Assembly (NCBI GenBank): GCA_964016885.1
Contig: OZ024750.1
Location: 17,484,001 to 17,548,000 of the forward strand
Source of the DNA: Eledone cirrhosa
Lineage: Eukaryota
Length of the DNA stretch: 64,000 nt
Direction of reading: 5' to 3'
Numbering within the stretch: position 1 is the stretch's first letter; the number at the start of each line of letters is the position of its first letter. The translations under genes and the position numbers were made by a program. Of the stretch, positions 36,400 through 50,789 are shown one piece after another. Under the pieces are notes generated by a model, which was not told where the DNA came from, made no database searches, and was given only the letters and a program-made list of their open reading frames with translations.

Positions 36400-38740
36400 T
36401 CCAGGAGTGACATCTGGAAAGAGAGAATGTGTGGCCTATCCCACGTGTTGTGGCAAACTCTAGAACCCCACCAACCCCCGCCCCTGATCCTGTGGAACAT
36501 CCAGGGAGTGACATCTGGAAAGAGAGAATGTGTGGGCTGCCCCACATGTAGTGGTAAACTCTGGATCCCCGCCCTTGATCCCGTGGAACATCCAGGAGTG
36601 ACAGCTGGAAGGGGAGAATGTGTGGGCTGCCCCACATGTAGTGGTAAACTCTGGACCCCCGCCCCTGATCCCGTGGAACATCCAGGGAGTGACAGCTGGA
36701 AAGAGAGGATGTGTGGGCTGCCCCACATGTAGTGGTAAACTCTGGACCCCCGCCCTTGATCCCGTGGAACATCCAGGAGTGACAGCTGGAAGGGGAGAAT
36801 GTGTGGGCTGCCCCACATGTAGTGGTAAACTCTGGATCCCCGCCCTTGATCCCGTGGAACATCCAGGAGTGACAGCTGGAAGGGGAGAATGTGTGGGCTG
36901 CCCCACATGTAGTGGTAAACTCTGGATCCCCGCCCCTGATCCCGTGGAACATCCAGGGAGTGACAGCTGGAAAGAGAGGATGTGTGGGCTGCCCCACATG
37001 TAGTGGTAAACTCTGGACCCCCGCCCTTGATCCCGTGGAACATCCAGGGAGTGACAGCTGGAAAGAGAGGATGTGTGGGCTGCCCCACATGTAGTGGTAA
37101 ACTCTGGACCCCCGCCCTTGATCCCGTGGAACATCCAGGGAGTGACATCTGGAAGGGGAGAATGTGTGGGCTGCCCCCCCACATGTAGTGGTAAACTCTG
37201 GACCCCCGCCCCTGATCCCGTGGAACATCCAGGAGTGACAGCTGGAAAGAGAGGATGTGTGGGCTGCCCCCCCCCCCCACATGTAGTGGTAAACTCTGGA
37301 TCCCCGCCCTTGATCCCGTGGAACATCCAGGGAGTGAGATCTGGAAGGAGAGAATGTGTGGGCTGCCCCACATGTAGTGGTAAACTCTGGATCCCCGCCC
37401 CTGATCCCGTGGAACATCCAGGAGTGACAGCTGGAAGGGGAGAATGTGTGGGCTGCCCCACATGTAGTGGTAAACTCTGGACCCCCGCCCCTGATCCCGT
37501 GGAACATCCAGGGAGTGACAGCTGGAAGGGGAGAATGTGTGGGCTGCCCCCCCACATGTAGTGGTAAATTCTGGATCCCCGCCCCTGATCCCGTGGAACA
37601 TCCAGGGAGTGACAGCTGGAAGGGGAGAATGTGTGGGCTGCCCCACATGTAGTGGTAAACTCTGGACCCCCGCCCCTGATCCCGTGGAACATCCAGGGAG
37701 TGACAGCTGGAAGGGGAGAATGTGTGGGCTGCCCCACATGTAGTGGTAAACTCTGGATCCCCGCCCCTGATCCCGTGGAACATCCAGGGAGTGACAGCTG
37801 GAAGGGGAGAATGTGTGGGCTGCCCCCCCCCACATGTAGTGGTAAACTCTGGACCCCCGCCCCTGATCCCGTGGAACATCCAGGAGTGACAGCTGGAAGG
37901 GGAGAATGTGTGGGCTGCCCCACATGTAGTGGTAAACTCTGGATCCCCGCCCCTGATCCCGTGGAACATCCAGGGAGTGACAGCTGGAAGGGGAGAATGT
38001 GTGGGCTGCCCCCACATGTAGTGGTAAACTCTGGACCCCCGCCCCTGATCCCGTGGAACATCCAGGAGTGACAGCTGGAAGGGGAGAATGTGTGGGCTGT
38101 CCCCACATGTAGTGGTAAACTCTGGACCCCCGCCCCTGATCCCGTGGAACATCCAGGAGTGACAGCTGGAAGGGGAGAATGTGTGGGCTGCCCCACATGT
38201 AGTGGTAAACTCTGGACCCCCGCCCCTGATCCCGTGGAACATCCAGGAGTGACAGCTGGAAGGGGAGAATGTGTGGGCTGCCCCACATGTAGTGGTAAAC
38301 TCTGGACCCCCGCCCCTGATCCCGTGGAACATCCAGGAGTGACAGCTGGAAGGGGAGAATGTGTGGGCTGCCCCACATGTAGTGGTAAACTCTGGACCCC
38401 CGCCTCTGATCCCGTGGAACATCCAGGAGTGACAGCTGGAAGGGGAGAATGTGTGGGCTGCCCCACATGTAGTGGTAAACTCTGGACCCCCGCCCCTGAT
38501 CCCGTGGAACATCCAGGGAGTGACAGCTGGAAGGGGAGAATGTGTGGGCTGCCCCACATGTAGTGGTAAACTCTGGACCCCCGCCCCTGATCCCGTGGAA
38601 CATCCAGGGAGTGACAGCTGGAAGGGGAGAATGTGTGGGCTGCCCCACATGTAGTGGTAAACTCTGGACCCCCGCCCCTGATCCCGTGGAACATCCAGGA
38701 GTGACAGCTGGAAGGGGAGAATGTGTGGGCTGTCCCCCCG
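36400..38740. repeat. 90/91-bp GC-rich satellite, ~25 copies
   Basis: GATCCCGTGGAACATCCAGG(G)AGTGACAGCTGGAAGGGGAGAATGTGTGGGCTGCCCCACATGTAGTGGTAAACTCTGGACCCCCGCCCCT; degenerate copies at 36110-36400 and 38740-38825. Confidence 0.97.
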
Positions 38741-39100
38741 TATGGTGAGGAACAAATATAGAGATCTTCACGGTCCCCTCTTTCTCTTCCTTGATCCTGT
38801 GTAACATTTAGGACGTGACAATTGGTACGAGATGAGGCTACATCGGCACTGGAATGGTGATTTCTTTATCGATTTTGGAAGAATAAAAGACAAATGTACT
38901 ATTTGGGCAACCGATACAATGGAGTGTGTATGTGTACGTTAGTGTGTCTGTGTGTACGTTAGTGTGTGTATGTGCGTGTTCCTTAATTCCCTGCAGATAG
39001 GAAAGGGGTGGGATGTTCACGGCTGGAATGTCTTTGATCATATATCTTCTCTATCAGTGTCGACTAAAGGTTAAATAGTAACTAGCCAGAAACAGGATAA

Positions 39101-39195
39101 CATATTGCAACATATTGCAACATATTGCAACGTATTGCAACATATTGCAACATATTGCAACATATTGCAACATATTGCAACATATTGCAACATAC
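39101..39195. repeat. (CATATTGCAA)n 10-bp minisatellite
   Basis: About 9 copies. Confidence 0.95.
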
Positions 39196-39239
39196 TGCAT
39201 ATTGTTCACAGATCACACACCTTCGCATATATTCACCAC

Positions 39240-39696
39240 ACCACACTGCATATATATAGCACATACTGTGTACACTGCATACATCATACTGCACATATTA
39301 TACACTGCATATATATAATACATACTGTGTACACTGCATATATATATGACACATACTGTGTACACTGCATATATATATGACACATGCTGTGTACACTGCA
39401 TAAATTACACTGCATATATATATAGCACATACTGTGTACACTGCATATATTACACACTGCATATATATATAGCACATACTGTGTACACTGCATATATTAC
39501 ACACTGCATATATATATAGCACATACTGTGTACACTGCATATATTACACACTGCATATATATATAGCACACACTGTGTACACTGCATATATTACACACTG
39601 CATATATATATATAGCACATACTGTGTACACTGCATATATTACACACTGCATATATTATACACTGCATATATATATATAGTACATACTGTGTACAC

Positions 39697-39741
<45 letters not shown>

Positions 39742-39950
39742 CACATGCTGTGTACACTGCATACATCATACTGCACATATACACTGCACTCAATCCCTAC
39801 ACTACACTATATATATATATATATTGCACTTATTGCATACTTTGCTTACATCATACTGCACATATTGCACACACTGCATATATTGCACATATTACATATA
39901 ATGCACACGCTGCATACATCATACTGCACACACCACGGACACCATACTGC
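39240..39950. repeat. TACACTGCATATA.../GCACATACTGTG minisatellite
   Basis: Recurrent ACTGTGTACACTGCATAT cores. Confidence 0.9.
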
Positions 39951-40380
39951 ACTGTAAATCATTAACTAACAACAAGTAGCAACAGCGACAGTAGACACAG
40001 TACGAACACATTGACATGCACACATACACTAACATATGCACACACACACACATATATATATACACCCACGCATATATATACATCCCCTCCCCCACATATA
40101 TATATATATATATATATATACACCCTCGCATATATATATACATCGCCCCCCCCCCCCACATATATATATATGTAAGTATACACATACATGCATACACCCA
40201 CCCACACACACATACATGTGTGTGTGTGTGTGTGTGTATATATATTCACACATATACACACCGCTGCTGCTACTACTACTACTACTACTACTTGCTACTA
40301 TCACCTCTGTAATAGATATTTGTTGAACACAAGATAACGGCAGAGGCGCACACACACACAGGCGCGCGCACACACACAGG

Positions 40381-40434
<54 letters not shown>

Positions 40435-40467
40435 GGATACATGCATATACATATAACACACTGACGC

Positions 40468-40521
<54 letters not shown>

Positions 40522-40627
40522 CGGATACATATAGCACACTGACGCATTTGTATATATATATATGATATGTTGATTTAAAACTGCACTATCCACAAGTGTT
40601 TTTTAGCCTTCATATCATGTTCTCCTG

Positions 40628-40694
40628 TTTTATCTGATGAAAACACAAATATTATTGCATGATGATGTTTGTTTTTGAAATGCGCATAATAAAA
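40628..40694 (+). ncRNA. Type I hammerhead ribozyme (family of 23746)
   Basis: TTTTAT-CTGATGA(40634-40)-stem II-GAAA(40677-80)-TGCGCA-TA-ATAAAA within element 40566-40732. Confidence 0.8.
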
Positions 40695-40726
40695 TACATG
40701 GAACTCCTTTAACCATCTTTTGATCT

Positions 40727-40757
<31 letters not shown>

Positions 40758-40806
40758 GTCCCACCCTTGCAAGCAGGGAAAAGCGGACGTATGATGATGA
40801 TGTGTG

Positions 40807-40864
<58 letters not shown>

Positions 40865-40908
40865 TTATGTATATATGTATATATATATATATATATTATG
40901 TATATATG

Positions 40909-40940
<32 letters not shown>

Positions 40941-40975
40941 GTATATATGTATATATATATATATATATTATATAT

Positions 40976-41007
<32 letters not shown>

Positions 41008-41059
41008 ACTACATGCACACAATCAATTCTATCACTACCACTGTCATCTCAACATTTAA

Positions 41060-42260
41060 CAAGTAGCAACAATACCAGTAACAACACCAGTAGCAACAAC
41101 AACAGTAACGACGTAAACAGTAACAGAAACAGCAATAGCAACAACTGTAGCAACAACAACACCAACAACAACACCAACGACATCACCGACAACAACGACA
41201 TCAACAGTAATAACAATCACATCTGTAGCAACAACAACAGCATCGCTAACAACAACAACAATTGTGACATCAGTAACAATAATACCATTAGCAACATCAT
41301 CAGCATCACTAACAACAACAACAACAGCGACATCTGTAACAACAACCACCACATCTGTAGCACAACGGCAACAACTGTAGCAACAACAACATCAATAACA
41401 TCACTAACAACAACAACAATAGCAACAGTGACAACTGTAACAACAACCACCACATCTGTAGCACAACGGCAACAACTGTAGCAACAACATCAATAACATC
41501 ACTAACAACAACAACAATAGCAACAGTGACATCTGTAACAACAACCACCACATCTGTAGCACAACTGTAGCAATAACAACGACATCAGTAACAACAACAA
41601 CAATAGCAACAGTGACATCTGTAACCACCACCACCACATCTGTAGCACAACGGCAACAACTGTAGCAACAACAACAATAGCGACAGTGAAATCTGTAACA
41701 ACAACCACCACATCTGTAGCACAACGGCAACAACTGTAGCAACAACAACATCAATAACATCACTAACAACAACAATAACAACAACAATAGCAACAGTGAC
41801 ATATATAACAACAACCACCACATCTGTAGCACAACTGTAGCAATAACAACGACGACAACAGTAACAACAACAACAATATCAACAGTGACATCTGTAACAA
41901 CAACCACCACATCTGTAGCACAACGGCAACAACTGTAGCAACAACAACATCAATAACATCACTAACAACAACAACAACAATAACAACAATAGCAACAGTG
42001 ACATCTATAACAACAACCACCACATCTGTAGCACTACTGTAGCAACAACTGTAGCAATAACAACGACGACATCAGTAACAACAACAACAATATCAACAGT
42101 GACATCTGTAACAACAACCACCACATCTGCAGCACAACTGTAGCAACAACCGTAGCAATAACAACGACGACAACAGTAACAACAATCACCACCACAACAA
42201 CAACAGCAACATCAATAACGTCTTAGTATCACTAACAACAACATCAATAGCAACAGTATC
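41060..42260. repeat. CAA-rich complex minisatellite
   Basis: ACATCTGTAGCACAAC and GCAACAGTGACATCTGTAAC cores with (CAA)n. Confidence 0.9.
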
Positions 42261-42323
42261 AGTCACTAGAAGTGGTAGCAAAACAATCCTGGCTATAGAC
42301 AGGGGTCAGTCGAACAGGGTGTA

Positions 42324-42354
<31 letters not shown>

Positions 42355-43086
42355 TTTATATATATATTTTTTTTATATATATTTTTATATATATTTTTAT
42401 ATATATTTTTATATATATTTATATATATATTTTTATATATATTTTTATATATATTTTTATATATATTTAAATATATATATTTTTATATATATTTATATAT
42501 ACATTTATATATATTTATATATATTTTTATATATTTTTATATATATTTATATATATATTTATATATATATATTTTTATATATATTTATATATATATTTAT
42601 ATATATATTTTTATATATATTTATATATATTTATATATATTTTTATATATATTTATATATATTTATATATATTTTTATATATATTTATATATATTTATAT
42701 ATATATTTTTATATATATTTATATATATATTTTTATATATATATATATTTATATATATATATATTTATATATATATATATTTATATATATATTTATGTAT
42801 ATATTTTTATATATATATTTATGTATATATTTTTATATATATATTTTTATATATATTTTTATATATATTTATATATATATATATATATACACACACACGC
42901 ATAGATATGTATATGTATGTATACATATGTTTGTAGCTATTGTTGACTTCTGTTTACAGTTGCCGTGGTATACACGTGATTCTAGTGTTTATTGATTCAC
43001 TGCAGTGTCACTTTGTATAGAGAGTATACGTACATGCAGTTATGTATGTATATATATATATATGTGTGTGTGTGTGTTGGTGTATG

Positions 43087-43121
<35 letters not shown>

Positions 43122-43449
43122 ATGTATATATATATGCGTGTGTGTGTATGTATATATATATGTGTGTGTGTGTGTATGTATATATATATATGTGTGTGTG
43201 TGTATGTATATATATGTGTGTGTGTGTATGTATGTATATATGTATTTGTATGTATATGTATGTATTTGTATGTATATGTATGTATTTGTATATATGTATA
43301 TGTATGTATTTGTATATATATATATATGTATGTATTTGTATATATGTATATGTATATATGTATACATATATGTATATGTATATATGTATACATATATGTA
43401 TATGTATATATATATACATATATGTATACATATATGTATATATATATAA

Positions 43450-43830
43450 TATTAAAATATAAATATTAATATAATAGATGTTCTTTTGATCAATTATATT
43501 TTATTATACATATTTCGGATGTACATTGATTAAATCTTACATTTGATCAATTACATTTTATTATACATATTTCGGATCTACCTTGATTAAATATTAACCA
43601 TTTAACATCTCAGGGTATGTCATGTATCATATTTTCTCTGATGAGGACGTACTGTTGTACATCCGAAATATGTATAATAAAATGTAATTGATCAAAAGAA
43701 CATCTATTTTATTAATATTTTATTAATATTTTAATATTAACTCCGGAAAATTATTTATTCGTAGAGTGCTTCCAATCTACTGTAAAACTCATTCTTTGAC
43801 ATACTCATTGAATATTGTTTAACACTTTGA
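43450..43830 (+). mobile_element. Fold-back HHR element (family of 5469), HHR at ~43630-43685
   Basis: CTGATGA 43638-44, stem II GGACGTAC/GTACATCC, GAAA 43665-68, TATGTA-TA; two inverted partial heads at 43450-43580. Confidence 0.8.
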
Positions 43831-43881
43831 TATATATATATATATATGTGAGATGAACCACAGACCCTCCATCTCAACTCA

Positions 43882-43919
43882 CCTTTTGAAAAGCAGAAGA
43901 ACTGCGAAACCGGTAAAGG
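43882..43919 (+). ncRNA. Minimal hammerhead with compensatory U3-A8 core
   Basis: CCTT-TTGAAAA-GCAG(AAGAA)CTGC-GAAA-CCGG-TA-AAGG; AATAAA follows. Confidence 0.7.
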
Positions 43920-43988
43920 AACCAAATAAATATATATATTTTTTTTAAAAATAAGACTTCAGTTGCATTTTCGATTTCATCCCTTTTT

Positions 43989-44050
<62 letters not shown>

Positions 44051-44098
44051 ACACGTGTCAATAAATTCCTTTCAACTAAACTGTATCCATTCAAATCT

Positions 44099-44146
<48 letters not shown>

Positions 44147-44148
<2 letters not shown>

Positions 44149-44335
44149 CGAAGGAAATGTGGTAAGGAACCAGGTGGACCATAACGCACGAAAGTACTCA
44201 ATACTTAGGGTAGTAGAGTGGGTAATAGGAACAAGTAAGACCCCGACGGCTGAGCTCAAGCCGTTTCGACGGCTAATTCTGTACAGAATTAGCCGTCGAA
44301 ACGGCTTGAGCTCAGCCGTCGGGGTCTTACTTGTT

Positions 44336-44339
<4 letters not shown>
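44147..44339 (-). mobile_element. Family F fold-back element
   Basis: Loopless palindrome centred on TTCTGTACAGAA (~44283), in (TA)n. Confidence 0.88.
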
Positions 44340-44390
<51 letters not shown>

Positions 44391-44599
44391 AACACTTTTC
44401 CTTTTCTAACCCATTATATTTAAAAACACGACTGCGTTAGTTTAATGATTATTTTTATAAAATATTTGTTCATATTTCCTCAATATTTCAACATTGCTTT
44501 TGTTTAGTTTCCAACATTAACAGTGCTGTCTGTTGACTTTCCGACATTGCCCCTTTCTTCTCTCTTCTCGTCGTTCTCACCTCTCTAAACATAACTATA

Positions 44600-45260
44600 T
44601 TAGTGGCAGTGGTTGTAGTGGTTGTAATGATGGCAGTGGTTGTAGTTGGTTGAGGCGGTGGCAGTGTTAGTTGTGGTGATGGTGTGTAGTTACGGTGGTG
44701 GTTGTCGTTGTAGTTGTGGTGGTAGTTATTGTAGTGGTGATGGTGGTGGTGGTGGTGATGATGGTTGTAATGGTGGCTGTGGTTGTAGTGTTGGTGATGA
44801 TGGTGGCAGTGGTTTTAGTTATGGTAAAGGTGATGGTGGTGATGGTGGCTGTGGTTGTGGTAAAGGTGATGGTGGTGATGGTGGTGATGGTGGCTGTGGT
44901 TGTAGTTGTGGTAAAGGTGGTGGTGGTGGTGATGGTGGCTGTGGTTGTAGTTGTGGTAAAGGTGGTGGTTGTAGTGGTAGTGTTGGTGATGTTGCTTGTA
45001 GTTGTGGTAAAGGTGGTAGTTGTAGTGGTGGTGATGGTGGTAGTTAATGTAGTTGTGGTGATGGTGGTGGTTGTTGTGGTAAAGGTGGTGGTTGTAGTTG
45101 TGGTAAAGGTGGTGGTTTTAGTCTTGGTGGTGCCAGTGGTTGTAGTTGTGGTGGTGGTGATGGCGGTTGTAATGGTGGCAGTGGTTGTAGTTATGGTAGT
45201 TGTTGTTGCGGTAGTGGTGGTAGTTGTGTTGGTGGTGGTGGTAGTAGTTGTGGTGGTAGT
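44600..45260. repeat. (GGT/GTT)-rich low-complexity repeat
   Basis: GGTGGTGATGGT and GTTGTAGTTGTGGTAAAGGT units. Confidence 0.9.
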
Positions 45261-45793
45261 AGTATCGTTTTATTGCTGCGTTTAGTTGGAACCAACAACA
45301 ACAGCAACAACAAAAGTATGAATGAAATGTTTTATAGCATGAAATAGTCTGGTGTAGTGAGTTATAGTGTTATATAGTATGGTGTAGTGAGTTATAGTGT
45401 TATATAGTATGGTGAAGTGTGGTGTAGTAGTGTGATGCAGTACTTGTAGTATAGTATAGTATGTGGTGTGGTGCAATGTGATGTAGTAGTGTGCGTAGTA
45501 CTGTGTAGTGTAGTGTGGTGTAGTGAGGTGTAAAGGTGTAGAGTATGTTATAGTATGGTTTATAGTGTGGTATGGTGTAGTGTGTTACATAGTTGTATGG
45601 TATGGTGTAGTGTTGTGTATTATGTTATATAGGTGTATAGTATGGTGAAGTGTGGTGTAGTGTGATGCAGTACTTGTAGTATAGTATAATGTGGAGTGGT
45701 GTAGTGTGATTTAGTAGTGAGTATAGTACTGTACGTAGTACTGTGTGAAGTAGTGAGGTGTAAAGTTGTAGAGTATGTTATAGTGTTGTATAT

Positions 45794-45998
45794 CACACAT
45801 GTCAAACTGAGGGTCTCGCGAGGGCCACATGGGTCACCAATGTATTGTCTGACGGCCACACACGACAACTAATTGCGCACATTACAACTAATTTTACGAA
45901 AGTAACACATGCTCGCCCTGTAAACACCTTCGTGCGGGGCGCATGTGTGCTTGTAAAGGGCCACATGCATCCCGCAGGCCGCATGTTTGACATGCCTG
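45794..45998. mobile_element. hAT (Charlie-like) MITE
   Basis: TIRs CACACATGTCAAAC / GTTTGACATGCCTG; exact 8-bp TSD TTGTATAT (45786-93 and 45999-46006). Confidence 0.85.
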
Positions 45999-46169
45999 TT
46001 GTATATAATGTGGTAAATACTTTAAAATCAAAATAGTTAAATTGAATAATTGTTTAACAGTTAAATCCTGTTAAATATTCAGACTTCCATAGCTGACTTC
46101 GTATCTGTGAGAGTGCTGATGATTTTGGCTTGTAATTTCTTATTATAAAATAAATCATTATTAAAAAAG

Positions 46170-46260
46170 GTTAACTTTGCCTTTCATCCTTACGGGGTCG
46201 ATAAAATAAAGTACCAGTAATGCACTGGGTAATTGCTGGCCTTGTGCCAAAAGTAAAAAT
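46170..46260 (+). mobile_element. SINE family 1, 3' fragment
   Basis: Core and tail present. Confidence 0.8.
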
Positions 46261-47096
46261 AAAGAGCGGTGGTTTGCCATTATCGGTAGAGCTTCGGACA
46301 ACATAACGTCTCTTTAGGTGAATTCCCTTTAAAACAACTTCAGCGACTTGTCTTGTCCCATCTCTTGCAATAGGAACACATAAGAGCTCCACCTTTCCTT
46401 TTCTGGTAACTAAAACTGCAATCTGATCTTCGAGTGTGCTGGATCGGGAATCCGATAGTAAGGATTCTCCATCCTAGGGGATGACTTGCCAGCATCTATC
46501 TTTAGGGTGGGAAAGCAGATAACTCGATTTCCTGAGGCATCATCTTGTTCGATAAACAGTTGAGGGAGAAATCGAAAGTTCAGACACATTATGACTAAAA
46601 CTCTCCACAATTGGGATGTAAGAAGTACTTGCCTGTTATACCAATAGTTTCTCCTGTTTCCACCTGGCAACAAGAGTGACATCGAGAGTCAGCTTCATTT
46701 GTAATGACTTCCGGGATGGTGCTGACCTGAAGATTTCATCATCATCATCATCACTAATAGCTGAGCTGGATGATAAACTTTTGAGAGCTACTTTCTCGGA
46801 CATCTTGACTTCATCCTGCTTACTCCTTTTTATTTTCATATAGTGAATCTTCTTTTCTTTTAAATGGCTCTCTCACATGTTCTGCATAAACAGAAACAAT
46901 ACTATATATATATAGTATATGTCCAAGAAAGTAGCTCTTGAAAGTTTATCATCCAGCTCAGCTATTAGTGATGATGATGAAATCTTCAAGTCAGCACCAT
47001 TTACATTAACTATTTTTCCATTTTGACGTTATAGTCACTTATATATTATGAAATACTGTTGGCTTCACGCTCACAATAATTTCTATACTTTTCATT

Positions 47097-47127
<31 letters not shown>

Positions 47128-47270
47128 ATTATAAAGTGTCGGGACCTCGACAGCTGAGCTCAGCCGTCGGGGTTCCAACTCTTTATAATATAACCATACT
47201 CTTCTACCCCAAATATTTCCAGTATTCTGTTGAGTAATGGTCTAATCAGTTTCAAACTGAATCCATCCTG

Positions 47271-47331
<61 letters not shown>

Positions 47332-47508
47332 ATACAATAACAGAGATAGTTTAAAGCTAAACTCTGACTGGTAACCATCTCACTCAACAAACATTAGGTT
47401 ATATTTTAATATAAACCCAATTTAAGTGTTTGGGGTGCTAACAATATGTATTATGTGGAAAAGCCAGTTGTATTATTTTATGAGATATAATTAAAGTTAA
47501 AATATATA

Positions 47509-47677
47509 GTTTCTACTTTGGGAAAAAGGCCAGCAATTATCCCAGTGCATTACTGGTACTTTATTTGTTCGACCCCGTAAGGATGAAAGGCAAAGTTAAC
47601 CAGACCGTAAAGGGGCGTAACTCTGTGCTGCAAAGCATTACGTCCGACCCTCAAACGATACTGCCAATTCACCGCCC
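47509..47677 (-). mobile_element. SINE family 1
   Basis: Revcomp of the consensus with an internal deletion. Confidence 0.85.
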
Positions 47678-47839
47678 TAATGAAGTGTTTCCGGTTTGGA
47701 AACCGGGAAGATCACTGAGCAGGGTAATACTCGATGTTGCATGTTTAGGTGCAGAGTAAATATAGAAATATAGTATAATTCCAACGAAGTGAGCGAACCT
47801 TGTAGCCTGCCGAAATAGAGAGGGCACTCTGTCAGGAAA

Positions 47840-47895
<56 letters not shown>

Positions 47896-47993
47896 AGAAA
47901 GAGAGAGCGAGAGGTAATTTTGTTGATGTGCAATAGAGCGTGTAGTGTTTTATATATTTCCTCAATAGTGTAATGATTCTTTATATTAACTGA

Positions 47994-48134
47994 TTCTACT
48001 TTTGGCACAAAGCCAGCAATTACCCAGTGCATTACTGGTACTTTATTTTATCGACCCCGTAAGGATGAAAGGCAAAGTTAACCTCGGCGAGATTTGAACT
48101 CAGAATGGAAAGGGCCGTAACTCTGCGTCAAAGC
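47994..48134 (-). mobile_element. SINE family 1, partial
   Basis: Tail, core and B box present. Confidence 0.85.
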
Positions 48135-48440
48135 AACCGCTGTTATATACAGCTATATAGTTAAGTCTATATTTTACTGGTCACTACTGGCGTCCTTGCT
48201 CCCCTGAATCACTTTCTCTATTCTATCTGCTGGGACTGCGAGGCGACTGGTGTCTAGGGGTCTGCAGTTGTCCGGGTATATATAACTAGAGTAGCTTTAG
48301 TATGGGTTGCTGATATCTACAACAGCCTACACATAAAATTAATGTACAAGTGACCGTACGTTTTTCACAAACACGTGTACACTTAATGTGATTTCTCGGG
48401 GAGATTCACCTTGACGCACACGCAAGTACGCATGCGCACG

Positions 48441-48479
<39 letters not shown>

Positions 48480-48539
48480 GTCATTTCTAACGAAAATGTT
48501 AGTTATTGAGAATCTTAAGAAAAGTTTACATTATTACTA

Positions 48540-49025
48540 TCATCAATATCATCATCATCATCACCATCACCACCACCTTCAACTTCACCACCTTCAACAT
48601 CACCACCACCACCACCTTCAACTTCACCACCACCATCAACTTCACCACCACCATCACCACCACCTTCAACTTCACCACCACCATCACCACCACCTTCAAC
48701 TTCACCACCATCACCACCGTCACCACCACCTTCAACTTCACCACCACCATCACCACCACCTTCAACATCACCACCACCACCATCACCACCACCTTCAACA
48801 TCACCACCATCACCACCACCTTCAACATCACCACCATCACCACCACCCTCAACATCACCACCACCTTCAACTTCACCACCACCATCACCACCACCTTCAA
48901 CATCACCACCACCACCATCACCACCTTCAACTTCACCACCACCATCACCTTCAACTTCACCGCCATCACCACCACCTTCAACTTCACCGCCATCACCACC
49001 ACTTTCAACTTCACCACCACCATCA
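48540..49025. repeat. (CAC)n with TTCAAC interruptions
   Basis: CACCACCATCACCACCACCTTCAACTT units. Confidence 0.9.
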
Positions 49026-49290
49026 TTGCCATCTCAAAAGTTTTGCTCAAACATAATTCAGTCATTGCTGGATTTTAGAAAAAAACCCCACTGAAATACT
49101 GTCTTCCCCCTCACATTGCAAAAATCCCGATCCTGAGAAAAAATGGGAACATGTCGCAAAAGCGAAACTGGGCAAAGAAGACTTCCTCCTGGTTGAGACA
49201 CCAGTCCTTCACAGTCAACCTTCTTTTGTTATTGGTACTTATTTCGTTCTCAGCTGATTGGATTGGGGTAACGTGAAATGAAATGCCTTG

Positions 49291-49321
<31 letters not shown>

Positions 49322-49338
49322 TCTCTCCCTCTCTCTCG

Positions 49339-49408
<70 letters not shown>

Positions 49409-49910
49409 GTATGAGTGAGTGTGCGCCTCCGTCAGCTTCAACGATTCGTGTACCAGTTGTTCAAACAATGTTAATTTCACAGCTGGTTCGTGAAAATGTT
49501 CCACTGAAGGACTCAACACGTAGCCAGGAATCGAACTCACAACTCACAAATCGAACTCACAACTCGAACACCCGACCTGCTAAGCCATACGATACACACA
49601 TAATTATACAGTTAACACTATACATACATGTCTGTCAAGCATGTACTTGTGCATCGAATGCACGTGTTGCTGTAAGAAATAACGCCAATATATACAAGTG
49701 TGTTTGCTGCATGCTGATGTATATTAACAAATGCAGGGTACTGAGTGCAATAGCGACTGCACAGCAATGTGCTTTAATGTGCAAATGTGTGTACCAACGT
49801 GCTTTGATGTGCAAATATCTACACAAATTTGCACTCTGTAAATATCTGATGCCATATGTTGGCAGGTCATTGCAAGTTTTTTTTCCGCTCCATGTTTTAT
49901 TGACTATAGT

Positions 49911-49977
<67 letters not shown>

Positions 49978-50789
49978 TTATTTATTTATTTATTTATTTG
50001 TTTTATTTTATTTTATTTTATTTTATTTATTTATTTATTTCTCTCTCTTTCTTTCTTTCTTTCTGTTATTCCTTTTATGTGAATCGTTTCAATCTGTGAA
50101 TTATCTATTAATCGATCCATCTTAATATCTATCTCTCGATCTACTTATCTATCTATATATCTATCTAGATGTCTCATCCCCCCCCCTCTCTCTGTCTTAC
50201 ACACACACAGATGCACATAATCTCTTTACATATGTATTTACTTATATACAAATCTCTGTACGAGTATATATATTTGTATTTATAGATGCTGGCTCATATA
50301 CACTCACTCACAAATATGTATGCATTAGAATAAGAAAGGAGAGCATGAACTCAATACAATATAACAGTCTGTGTATTCATTAAGAAGCAGCTGCTGGTCT
50401 CTGTGTCAGTCTCGCCACGTGTAATCGTTCAGGCAATCTAATATATAACATATACTACATATTCTCGATCCGTGATCTTCTGATGAATTCATAGGGGCGT
50501 GTCGTGAGCATTATAGCCTCGCCTAGCCCAGCCCCTTTCGGGTCTAAACACAGCTAGATTTCTTCCAGGGAGCGAGAAAGGGAAAGACGACCCAGTATTG
50601 TATTGGTATTTAATTTATCGACCTGAAAAGCATGAAAGGCAAAGCTGGCTTCGGCAGAATTTGAACATACACACCACCATGTATTCCATCTGCCAATTCA
50701 TTGCCTGTATAACATAAAGAACATATCTTAGATTTAGGACACATATTACATTCATAAACAGCTGTTCTTTTGTGTGGTCGTATGGTAGA

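Noticed and set aside
36180-38807. Long minus-strand ORFs (744-875 aa)
   Set aside because: They arise from a stop-free 90/91-bp satellite with frequent frameshifting indels; all three frames are open.
50480-50500. CTGATGAATTCATAG
   Set aside because: No downstream GAAA-UH or stem I partner.
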